Assembly (NCBI GenBank): GCA_038227875.1
Contig: JBBRPR010000050.1
Coordinates: 1-64,000, forward strand
Origin: Planctomycetota bacterium
GTDB lineage: Bacteria; Planctomycetota; SZUA-567; H5-PLA8
DNA: 64,000 nucleotides
Direction: 5' to 3'
Both the position numbers and the translations under genes were made by a program. Below the pieces are notes generated by a model. That model searched no databases. It saw only the letters and a program-made list of their open reading frames with translations, and was not told where the DNA came from. Each line of letters starts with the position of its first letter. Position 1 is the first letter of the stretch. Of this stretch, positions 30,206 through 38,928 are shown one piece after another.

Positions 30206-32869
30206 CTACTTCACCTCACACGTCGCTTCTGCCGCATAGAGAAGCTTCGCGCGCAGCAGGCGCCGGTTGCCGCTGTCGCCCATGTAGATGAACTTGTCCG
30301 TCGCGCCGACGCCCAGCAGCCAGGAGAAGGCAATCTCCGGATCGGCGAAGGGGCTCTTCAGGTCCGCCGCGTCGCCGGTGGCGCGCGCGCGGACGCGGTG
30401 TGTCTTCGGATCGACCACGGGGCTGTCCGGTCCGGAACTGTCGCCGTTGCCGTAGCCGCCGAATGTGGTGATCACATTGCCGCCGGTGTCCAGCACGCAG
30501 ACGCGGTAGCGGCCGAGGTCCGGGTACCAGACGCGCCCGAACGGATCGACGTCGAAGCGCGCGTTCTCGCAGTTGCAGTAGAGCCGGTCGACGTGGCTCA
30601 TGCCGAAATGAATCCACTGCGCGCCGGTGACTTTCAGCGTGTCCATCGAGCGCCAGTCCTTGCCGCCGAAGCAGAACGCACCGTCGACGGTTTTCAGTGA
30701 GGGGTCCAGATGCGGCGAGCCTTCATAGGGCAGCGGCTTGGCGCCATTGTAGGCGATCATGCCGCCCTTGGGCGAGAACTTGATGATGCTGCCGTAGATC
30801 GTCCCGATTTCGGCCTTGGGGTTCTGCGTCGTCCATTGCGATTTCACCGTCAGCGGCCCGGTCACGCTGGTGAATTCCGGCGGCACGAGTTGATCGAGCG
30901 GGCGGACGATGTCGGCGATGTAGATGTTCCCCTCCTGGTCGAAGCGCGGCCCGACCACGGAATCCGACGCTTCCCAGATCAGCGGATTGCCGCCCGCGCG
31001 CTTGCCGGACGGCAGAATCTCCACCAGCGACTTGGGTCCGCGCTCCAGCTTCGGCGATTCGAAGACAAACAGATGCCCGTCCGGCCGGATGCCCAGCGTG
31101 TGCGGCATGTAATTCATGCAGACGTGATCGTAGACCGCATTTTCGCCCGGCAGTTTGGCCCCGTAGGGCGTGATGCCTTCAGGATACGTAAACGGTTCCG
31201 TCCATTTCAGCGCCTTGCCCGTGCGGTCGCATTTGAAGAGATAAAACGGCCAGCGCTGGATGAACAGATTCCCATCGGGCCCGACTTCCAGTCCCGCGCC
31301 CGACGAGTTGTACAGCTCCACCGCGTCGACCTTGTCGGTGCTGCCGGTCTTCTCGTTGAAGCGCACCCAGCCGCCGTTGGCCGACTTGCGGATGTAGACT
31401 TCCGGCTCGGCGTGGTAGTGATCGACCGTCAGGCTGACAAAGTCGCGGATGTCTTCATGGCCGATGACTTTGGGCTCGGAGAAACTGCTGCCCTGATCTT
31501 CCAGCCGCAGCAGCTGCACTTCATTGCCGACCCAGATCACCGCCGGCGTGGCGCTGGTGTCGGCGGAGAAACGCCACGACGTCCAGCTGCGCGGCGAGGG
31601 GATGTGAATGCTCGCCAGCGTTTTTGGATCCTTCCAGCCGCTGAGCTTGATCAGGTCGGCGCCTTTGGTCGTCTTGAGGATGTAGACGGCGCCGCTGTGC
31701 GCGTCGACAGCGATGAACTCGGGGCTCTCCGCCGGAAACGAGGCGACGAACTTCCCGTCCTTTTCGGAGACCACCAGCACGCGGTTGTTCCCCGCGTCGC
31801 AGATCAGCAGATTTCCCTTGCCGTCCACCGCCATGCCCTGCGCGGAACCGGCCAGATGCGCCGTGTCTTTGCCAGTCTCGTCGGGCTTGCCGAAGAAAAC
31901 TTCAGCGCCCGTCCGTTCCGGCAGCTTGACCCGGTACACGGCGCTCCACTGCCGCGGTTGGTCGGTGGAGACTTGCCGACGCTCCGCCATGCCGCTGACG
32001 TACGCGTATTTGCCGTCGCCGGAGACCGCAAGGTAGGAGCGCTGGCTGGAATTGAATCCCGCTTTCGGCGCGCTGGGCAGCAGGGGCTGACCCAGCAAAG
32101 GTGGAGGAGCCTTCTCGCCGGTCAGATCCACCAGTCCAATCCGCGGCGCGCCGTAAGCGGTGAATTCGTCAAAGTGCTGGAAGAGCAGCTGCCCGCCGGG
32201 CGTCACGACCGCGTCACCCACGGATCGGAATGCAGTGGTCTGGCGCGTCTGAATGTTGGTCACGACCGGCACCGTCCGCCCGCTCACTTCCACTGGCACG
32301 CAACCGAGCGCTTCGAGCTGCTCGCGGGTGGCGTTGGACGGCGGCGGAATCAGCGTCCGCTGGTACGAGCCATCGCGATTCAGCGCGACCAGGCGTTGCG
32401 TGTCGAAATTGGCGATCTTCGGCCCGCCCACGACGGCGTAGAGCGTCCCGTCCGGACCGGCCGCCATGTTCTGCAGATCGCCCAGGATCATCGGGTCGGA
32501 AATGACCGGCTTGTCGTACTTCGCGCCGAGACCCAGAGCGACGCGGACCTTGAACGGCCCGTTGCCCGCCGGCTTGCCCCAATCGGCCTTGCCGTCCCAC
32601 TCAAGGCTCTGCGCGAGCGCGTTGGGCGTCAGTGGCGCGGGCGCGTTCTTGCCGAGCACCCCGGCGGCCAGATGCCGCACCACTTTTCCCTGGGTGTCTT
32701 CGACGAACACAGCCACGTCCGTCGGCGCGGAAACCGCGAAGGAGATCTTGACCATCGCGCCAGTGCGGGTTGCCGCCGGCTGTTGTGTGAAGGCCGGCAC
32801 CGCCGCGGCAGCCGTGAACATCTGGAATCCAACCGCGCAGAACAGCACGGCCATCATTCGCTGATTCAT
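30206..32869 (-). CDS. Large secreted protein: FlgD-like Ig N-domain plus NHL/beta-propeller repeats
   Basis: Signal peptide; GKVVRHLAAG..WDGK; GMAVDGKGNLLICDAGNNRV; RFDVDPFGRVWYPDLGRYRV. Confidence 0.75.
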   Translation of the reverse strand: MNQRMMAVLFCAVGFQMFTAAAAVPAFTQQPAATRTGAMVKISFAVSAPTDVAVFVEDTQGKVVRHLAAGVLGKNAPAPLTPNALAQSLEWDGKADWGKPAGNGPFKVRVALGLGAKYDKPVISDPMILGDLQNMAAGPDGTLYAVVGGPKIANFDTQRLVALNRDGSYQRTLIPPPSNATREQLEALGCVPVEVSGRTVPVVTNIQTRQTTAFRSVGDAVVTPGGQLLFQHFDEFTAYGAPRIGLVDLTGEKAPPPLLGQPLLPSAPKAGFNSSQRSYLAVSGDGKYAYVSGMAERRQVSTDQPRQWSAVYRVKLPERTGAEVFFGKPDETGKDTAHLAGSAQGMAVDGKGNLLICDAGNNRVLVVSEKDGKFVASFPAESPEFIAVDAHSGAVYILKTTKGADLIKLSGWKDPKTLASIHIPSPRSWTSWRFSADTSATPAVIWVGNEVQLLRLEDQGSSFSEPKVIGHEDIRDFVSLTVDHYHAEPEVYIRKSANGGWVRFNEKTGSTDKVDAVELYNSSGAGLEVGPDGNLFIQRWPFYLFKCDRTGKALKWTEPFTYPEGITPYGAKLPGENAVYDHVCMNYMPHTLGIRPDGHLFVFESPKLERGPKSLVEILPSGKRAGGNPLIWEASDSVVGPRFDQEGNIYIADIVRPLDQLVPPEFTSVTGPLTVKSQWTTQNPKAEIGTIYGSIIKFSPKGGMIAYNGAKPLPYEGSPHLDPSLKTVDGAFCFGGKDWRSMDTLKVTGAQWIHFGMSHVDRLYCNCENARFDVDPFGRVWYPDLGRYRVCVLDTGGNVITTFGGYGNGDSSGPDSPVVDPKTHRVRARATGDAADLKSPFADPEIAFSWLLGVGATDKFIYMGDSGNRRLLRAKLLYAAEATCEVK

Positions 32870-32966
32870 CTCATTCTCCCGAATACAGTCTGCGGCACGT
32901 CCATTCACCGGTAGTTGATACCCAGCGGGCGTACTCGAGAGTATCTTTTTCCATGGCGAATGTTAA

Positions 32967-32980
32967 ACTGTGTACATAGT
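32967..32980. promoter_or_regulatory. Candidate GntR operator
   Basis: Near-palindrome ACTGTGTACATAGT between the divergent genes. Confidence 0.45.
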
Positions 32981-33009
32981 GTGTCTTTAATGGGTGAAGG
33001 GATGCCTGG

Positions 33010-34098
33010 ATGGGACAACTCAAACGCGGTCGTCCCCGCGGCAAGTCCACGCGCTACATCGCGATCGCCGCGGAGATTGGCGAAAAAATGGCGGCGGGTG
33101 AATGGCCCGTCGGCCACCCGCTGCCGTCCCTGCGCGAACTGGCGCGCAGGCATCGCGTCAGCTTCAAAACCATCCACCGCGCCTTCGCGCTCCTGAAATC
33201 CCGCGGCCAGCTGCATGTCCGCCCCCACCGCGTGGCCCTCGCCGCGCTCGGCGCGCCGCTGGAAGGCGTATTGCGGGACGCTATCGCCGTGGTCCTGCCG
33301 CAGTCCCTCACCGGCAGCTGGCAGGGCCAGTTCTGGAACGGCATCGCGCACGGCGCGAAGAAGCTCGGCGCCACACTCGTGGTCCTGCAGGACGACGAAC
33401 GCTGGAAGACTGAATTTCCCGCCGGCCTCCGCGACGCGCCCTTGCGCGGCGTGCTGCTGGTGGGCCCGTTCCGCCCCGGCTTGCTGCGCCAATACGAATC
33501 GCTGGGCCTGCCCGTGGTCCTGCTCGATCAGCCCGGGGAGGACTACCAATTCCATTCGGTGAGCGTCGCCAACTACGACGCCGCCTACGATGCGACCGCG
33601 CGGCTGATCGCCATGGGTCACCGCCGCATTGCCTTCATCGGCTACATCCTGCCGTCGCTATTAACCGTCGAACCCGACGCCAGGCAGCGCCAGCTCGGCT
33701 TCGCCGCCGCGTGCAAAGCGAAAGGATTGAAAGATGGCGACTACCGCAGCTTTCTCGCCGGCACCAGTCACGCCACGCAGGCGATCCAGGCGCTGCACGC
33801 CGCCAACCCGCCATTTACCGCCGTCATCACCTCAAAACCGATGCACGCCGAACAAGTCTTTGCCGCCGCGAAGGCCCGCGGCCAGCGCATTCCACGCGAC
33901 CTGAGCCTCGTGACGTTTCACGTCAAAACATCGGACCCCATGCAACCGGATTGGTCCGGTCCCCGCCTCGATCTCGATCAATTCGGAATACAAGGCGTCG
34001 AACTTCTCGTCCGCAACCCCCGCACGCCCCAGCACGTCCTGCTCACCCCGGTCTGGCACGACGGAAAAACCACCGCCCCCAAACCCAAACGAAAATAA
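33010..34098 (+). CDS. GntR wHTH plus LacI-type sugar-binding transcriptional regulator (AraR-like)
   Basis: GHPLPSLRELARRHRVSFKTIHRAF; GLPVVLLD, MGHRRIAFIG, RIPRDLSLV. Confidence 0.88.
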   Translation: MGQLKRGRPRGKSTRYIAIAAEIGEKMAAGEWPVGHPLPSLRELARRHRVSFKTIHRAFALLKSRGQLHVRPHRVALAALGAPLEGVLRDAIAVVLPQSLTGSWQGQFWNGIAHGAKKLGATLVVLQDDERWKTEFPAGLRDAPLRGVLLVGPFRPGLLRQYESLGLPVVLLDQPGEDYQFHSVSVANYDAAYDATARLIAMGHRRIAFIGYILPSLLTVEPDARQRQLGFAAACKAKGLKDGDYRSFLAGTSHATQAIQALHAANPPFTAVITSKPMHAEQVFAAAKARGQRIPRDLSLVTFHVKTSDPMQPDWSGPRLDLDQFGIQGVELLVRNPRTPQHVLLTPVWHDGKTTAPKPKRK

Positions 34099-34192
34099 AT
34101 CCCAGTCCCTTCCGTCCGTTCCTTTCTTTGCGCCTTTGCGAGAGATCAAAAATTCCTTGCGCGACCCACGACACACGCAGCACAATGCCCCC

Positions 34193-35164
34193 ATGAAAGC
34201 ACTCCACATCACCGCGCCCAACACGCTGCTCCTGAAAGACATTCTGCCACCCCCGCTGCCACCGAATGGGGGCGAATGCCGCGTCGCCGTGCGCCTGGCC
34301 GGAATCTGCCGGACGGATCTGGAGCTGGCGAAGGGCTACATGAACTTCACCGGCATCCCCGGCCACGAATTCGTCGGCACGGTCGTCGAAGGCCCGGAGC
34401 GCCTCCAGGGGCGGCGTGTCGTCGGTGAGATCAACGCCGCCTGCGGCCGCTGCGCGCTCTGCCAGCGCGGCCTCGCGCGCCATTGCGCAAATCGCACGGT
34501 GCTCGGAATTTTTCAGCGCCCCGGCGCCTTCGCCGAATCGCTCACGCTCCCCGCGGAAAATCTGATCCCGGTCCCGGACAACGTCAGCGACGAAGACGCC
34601 GTCTTCACCGAACCCCTCGCCGCCGCGCTGGAAATTTTCGAGCAGCTCCACGTCGCGCCCGGCTCGCGTATGTTGGTGATCGGCGACGGCAAGCTCGGCC
34701 TCCTGATCGCGCAGGTCTGCTCCCACATGGGCGCGCGGGTCACGCTTCAGGGACGCCACGAGAAAAAACTGGCGCTCGCGCGCCGCTGGAATGTCGACGC
34801 GATTCAGGCCAGGGCCCGGGGCGACGCCGAGAAATTCCCCTACGTCGTCGAATGCACCGGCACGCCCGGCGCGCTGGCCACCGCGCTCGAATGGACCGCC
34901 CCGCGCGGCGTGCTGATTTTAAAAAGCACGTACGCCCCGGCCACGCCCCCGCAGCTGGACTGGGCCAAAATCGTCGTCGACGAAATCACCGTCCTCGGCA
35001 GCCGCTGCGGCCTCTTCGCGCCCGCGCTGAGACTACTCGCCCAGCAGAAGCTCGACGTCCGCTCCCTGATCGACCACCGCTGCAAATTCGAAAACGTCGT
35101 CGACGCCTTCGCCCTCGCCGAACGCAAAGGCACACTCAAAGTCCTCGTCACCATCGGTTCCTGA
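34193..35164 (+). CDS. Zinc-dependent alcohol dehydrogenase (MDR)
   Basis: GICRTD, GHEFVG, CGRCALC..C, GDGKLG, GSRCG. Confidence 0.92.
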   Translation: MKALHITAPNTLLLKDILPPPLPPNGGECRVAVRLAGICRTDLELAKGYMNFTGIPGHEFVGTVVEGPERLQGRRVVGEINAACGRCALCQRGLARHCANRTVLGIFQRPGAFAESLTLPAENLIPVPDNVSDEDAVFTEPLAAALEIFEQLHVAPGSRMLVIGDGKLGLLIAQVCSHMGARVTLQGRHEKKLALARRWNVDAIQARARGDAEKFPYVVECTGTPGALATALEWTAPRGVLILKSTYAPATPPQLDWAKIVVDEITVLGSRCGLFAPALRLLAQQKLDVRSLIDHRCKFENVVDAFALAERKGTLKVLVTIGS

Positions 35165-35274
35165 ACACCCCGCGCGTCACCGACAGGCCCCAAGAGCCAA
35201 GAGCGCCCAAAACAAAACAGCCCGCGCAATCGCGCGAGCCGTTTCCAACACCTTAATTCCGAGTTTCCGTACTC

Positions 35275-35889
35275 CTACTTGCTGAGCTTCACGAACAGAA
35301 TCGCGACCACCACCAGCAGCACGATGACCACTGCCGCCAGCGCGATCATGTAGGTCTTCATCGCGGCGACTTCGCCGGTCGGTGCGGCGCCCGCCGTCGG
35401 GTCGAGGGCCTTCGCGTAATCCTTGGCCGTGGCTCCAGCGCCCGGCGCGGCCGGCGTCGTGCCCGATCCGCTTGCGCCAGCACCCTGGCGCATCTTCGCC
35501 AGCTGTTCCTGAATCTTCGCGCCGTCCATCACGTACGTGTTCAACGTATCGGGAACGTTGGCGGCGGTGCCGGCGGCCGGAGCGGCTGCCGGAGCAGCCT
35601 GCTGTTCGTTCTTGAATTTCAGGGAGTACTTGCCGATCACCACTTCGTCATCGTTGTTCAGGAAGTGCTCGGTGATCTTCTTGCCGTTCACGAATGTGCC
35701 GTTGGACGACCCCAGATCCTGAACGATGAACGCCTCGCCGCGCAGCGCGAACTGGCAATGCTGACGGGAAATGCCCAGGTTATCGATGGGAATTTCACAC
35801 GTCGGCTCGCGGCCCACAATCAGCTTGGGTTTGTCGAGCTGATAGACTTTCTGTTCCTGCCCGCCGAAAACAACCGTGACCGTGGCCAT
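35275..35889 (-). CDS. FHA-domain membrane protein
   Basis: VGR..ISRQH..DLGSSNGTFVNG; C-terminal TM helix. Confidence 0.9.
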   Translation of the reverse strand: MATVTVVFGGQEQKVYQLDKPKLIVGREPTCEIPIDNLGISRQHCQFALRGEAFIVQDLGSSNGTFVNGKKITEHFLNNDDEVVIGKYSLKFKNEQQAAPAAAPAAGTAANVPDTLNTYVMDGAKIQEQLAKMRQGAGASGSGTTPAAPGAGATAKDYAKALDPTAGAAPTGEVAAMKTYMIALAAVVIVLLVVVAILFVKLSK

Positions 35890-36119
35890 TCCACCATCCT
35901 CAAAGTCCGTGAAAATCCATAATGTACATGAGTCTCGCCGAGCGTGGCTTTTCTGTCAAGCTCGCACTCCTACTTGCTTTCCGTTTATTCGTGGGGTTCA
36001 GTGAAGAAGGTACCGCAAGCCGCGGGTATTGCCATCGCGATCCGCTTTAATTCGCGGCAGGAAGCTCCGGCGCAGGCGTCGGGACGTGACAATATTGTAA
36101 TTAAGGGAGTGCATTAGTC

Positions 36120-36422
36120 ATGAGTTGGGCAACATTTGCCATCGCCGGCCTGCGGGCCGGTCAGGAAGTTCAAATCCGGCCGCGAGGTCACTCCATGAAG
36201 GGAAAAGTCAACGACGGCAATCTGGTGACGCTCCAGCCCGTCGCCGCCGACACGTTGAAGGTCGAGGACATCGTGCTGGTCCGCGTCAAAGGCAACGACT
36301 ACCTTCACCTGATCAAAGCCATCGACGGCGACCGCCTCCAGATCGGCAACAACCGCGGTGGCATCAACGGCTGGGTCGGCAAGTCCGCCGTGTACGGCAA
36401 GGCGATCCGCGTGGAGGCGTAA
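36120..36422 (+). CDS. Small S24/S26 peptidase-like protein
   Basis: RGHSM..DIVLVRVKG..LHLIK..GNNRG. Confidence 0.6.
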   Translation: MSWATFAIAGLRAGQEVQIRPRGHSMKGKVNDGNLVTLQPVAADTLKVEDIVLVRVKGNDYLHLIKAIDGDRLQIGNNRGGINGWVGKSAVYGKAIRVEA

Positions 36423-36479
36423 CGATCGTACTCGCGCTGCATTGGCGCGATTCCTGAATTTGAAGATGATGCCACCACC

Positions 36480-37292
36480 ATGCTGCGCATCCTCAGCTAC
36501 AACCTGCTCGTTGGTTTTCAGACTCACCCCGAGCGCAAGTCCGCCGCGCTGGCGTGGATCGCCGCGCAAAAGCCGGACATCCTCGCGCTGCAGGAGATGA
36601 ACGGCTACACGCCTGATCAGCTCGCCCGCGAATCTGTGCAATGGGACCACGCCCACAGCGTGCTGGCCAAGATCGAAGGCTACGCGCCCGCGCTGACCTC
36701 CCGCGCGCCCTTCGACTCCGTCGAACGCATTCACGATGGACTGCGCATGGGCCTGATCGTTGCCCGCACCGCGAACCTCGACGTCTACGCGCTCCACCTG
36801 AACGCCTGCAGTTGGGCCGAACGCCACCGCGAGGCCACGCGCATCCTGGCGCGCGCACAGGAATCGATTCGCGCCGGCCGCCACACCGTCGTGCTGGGCG
36901 ACTTCAACGCTCTCTCGACGTTCGACGCCGATTACGATTCCAATCACCCCACCATCCGCGAGTACCTGCGGCAGTACGACCGCGAATACGGCTGGTCGAA
37001 CATTCACGACGGCGAACTCGATTTCAGTGTCATGGAGTTGTTTGCCGCCGCCGGCCTGGTGGACGTCATTGCGCAGCGAACGCCGGAGAGCGCCGCTCGG
37101 ATGAGCTATCCCACGCCGATGCTCGAAGCCGACCCCACGTCCGGAGACCATCTGCCGCGCAGCATGCGCCTGGACTACGTCCTCGCCACACCGGAACTGG
37201 CCGAACGCTGCCGCCGCGCCGGCGTGGTCCGCGACGAAGCCACGTCGATGCAATCAGACCACTACCCGGTTTTCGCCGACTTCGAACTCTGA
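36480..37292 (+). CDS. Endonuclease/exonuclease/phosphatase family protein
   Basis: LSYN, PDILALQE, LGDFN, RLDYVL, SDHYPV. Confidence 0.9.
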   Translation: MLRILSYNLLVGFQTHPERKSAALAWIAAQKPDILALQEMNGYTPDQLARESVQWDHAHSVLAKIEGYAPALTSRAPFDSVERIHDGLRMGLIVARTANLDVYALHLNACSWAERHREATRILARAQESIRAGRHTVVLGDFNALSTFDADYDSNHPTIREYLRQYDREYGWSNIHDGELDFSVMELFAAAGLVDVIAQRTPESAARMSYPTPMLEADPTSGDHLPRSMRLDYVLATPELAERCRRAGVVRDEATSMQSDHYPVFADFEL

Positions 37293-37303
37293 AGGCTCAA
37301 ACG

Positions 37304-37331
37304 AATCCCGAATCCCCATTCCCGAATCCCG
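37304..37331 (+). repeat. AATCCCG heptamer tandem array
   Basis: AATCCCG AATCCCC ATTCCCG AATCCCG in the spacer. Confidence 0.6.
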
Positions 37332-37353
37332 TAATGGCGATATCCTGCATGAC

Positions 37354-37737
37354 ATGGTCGAACGACTTCCCGATCAAGTGCAGGAGTTCATGCGCACGGC
37401 GATGCCGGACGTGGGCGATCCCGCGCGCGTTGCGCTGTACTGCTGCGATCGCCTGCCGTTTTTTATCGGGACGCGCTATTCCGGATTCACGCTCTATGGG
37501 CGAATCTACCTGCGGCGCAGTTACTTTCCGCTCGACCTGACGGAATTCGGAACGCTCGACCTGCTCTTCCATGAGCTGACCCACGTCGCTCAATTTCGAA
37601 AACGCCCGCTACTCTTCCCGCTCTCGTACCTGCTGCACTTGGCCCGTTACGGCTACTGGGATATTCCGGCGGAAATTGAAGCGCGCGAGCGCGGACACGT
37701 GCTGGCGCAACAGTATTTGAACCGACAGGCCGGATGA
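37354..37737 (+). CDS. DUF4157-like zincin metallopeptidase-domain protein
   Basis: GFTLYGRIY, LLFHELTHVAQF, EIEARE. Confidence 0.7.
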   Translation: MVERLPDQVQEFMRTAMPDVGDPARVALYCCDRLPFFIGTRYSGFTLYGRIYLRRSYFPLDLTEFGTLDLLFHELTHVAQFRKRPLLFPLSYLLHLARYGYWDIPAEIEARERGHVLAQQYLNRQAG

Positions 37738-37753
37738 ACTCCGCGGTGTCGCT

Positions 37754-38767
37754 TTAGCTCCACTGAAAATGGCAGCCCATCGTGCTGGCGCGGTCGTGGA
37801 GCAGCTTCTGATAGGCGTTCTGGCATTCAGACGGTTTGAAGACATGCGTGTTCAGATCGGAGACGCGCATGCGGCCGTGCTTGAGGTACTGAAAAAAGAG
37901 CGCGATCATGTTGGCGCGCGTCCAGTGCGCGTAGACGCTGTCGGTCGCCGGCGTGTTCATGGCGTGCGAGGCGACGATGCGGAGGCTGCGGCTGATCACT
38001 TCGCCGGTGAGGTGCTGCCTGGCCGGCGAACCGGTGTCGCCGATCAACACCAGCGAGCCCAGCTTGCGGAGCAGCTTCTGCGCCGAGGCGAAGACTTTGT
38101 CGTTGCCGGTCATGTCGTAGACGGCATCGGCGAGGCGGCCGTGCGTGAGCTTCTCGACATGGGGCAGAATCTCGTCGACATTCAGCGCCAGGCCCTGTGT
38201 GGCGCCGTGCGCTTTGGCCAGATCCAGCCGGAACTGCACCGGATCGACGGCGATGATCTCGCGCGCGCCGAGCAGATTCAGGAACTGCACGGCCAGTTGT
38301 CCCAGCGGCCCGAGCCCGACCACGACGTAATCTTCACCCAGTTCATGCTCGCCGCGGCGGACGCCGTTCTGGACGATGTAGGAAAGCGTAAACCACGCCG
38401 CATCGGCATCGCTGACGCCGTCGGGAATGGGAAAGAACGCGTCGGCCTTGCCAACCACGAACTGCTGATGCGCGAAGGTGCTGGCCGCGCGGTCGCCGGG
38501 CTTCCACGCGGTCACGCCGTCGCCGACGGCTTCGACCACGCCGACCTGGCTGTAGCCGGCGGGGAAGGGGTACTTGACCCAGTTGTCCCAATGCGTGCCC
38601 GGCTGAAACCGCCGCCCGTAGCAGATGGTCTCGGTGCCGGTGGAGATGAGTGTCCACGTCGTGCGAACCAGAATCTCGCCGGCGCCCGGCGCAGCGATGG
38701 GCAGCGCGCGCAGTTCGGCTTTTTCCTTGTCGGTGAAGATGATGTTCTGCGACGTGGCCGGAAGCAT
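37754..38767 (-). CDS. MDR-family (zinc-binding-type) dehydrogenase
   Basis: LISTGTE, YPFPAGYS, VGLGPLGQ. Confidence 0.85.
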   Translation of the reverse strand: MLPATSQNIIFTDKEKAELRALPIAAPGAGEILVRTTWTLISTGTETICYGRRFQPGTHWDNWVKYPFPAGYSQVGVVEAVGDGVTAWKPGDRAASTFAHQQFVVGKADAFFPIPDGVSDADAAWFTLSYIVQNGVRRGEHELGEDYVVVGLGPLGQLAVQFLNLLGAREIIAVDPVQFRLDLAKAHGATQGLALNVDEILPHVEKLTHGRLADAVYDMTGNDKVFASAQKLLRKLGSLVLIGDTGSPARQHLTGEVISRSLRIVASHAMNTPATDSVYAHWTRANMIALFFQYLKHGRMRVSDLNTHVFKPSECQNAYQKLLHDRASTMGCHFQWS

Positions 38768-38928
38768 GGTGGACCTCCTGAAATAGTAAGAGTCAACCTT
38801 GTAAGGTTAGTTCTTTTCAACTGCAAACGTAAAAAAGTAAGGCTGACGATTGCGGGTTCCGAGATTTAATTGATAGTTTGTTTCATCTTGATTTATGCTG
38901 TGGCGCGGAACTGGAATGCAACGAATCT

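Noticed and set aside
30710..32914. 734-aa plus-strand ORF and other long antisense ORFs (e.g. 2727-4031, 21985-23055, 24850-26160, 47136-48482, 57556-58989)
   Set aside because: Shadow frames opposite well-supported genes in GC-rich DNA; no recognisable motifs.
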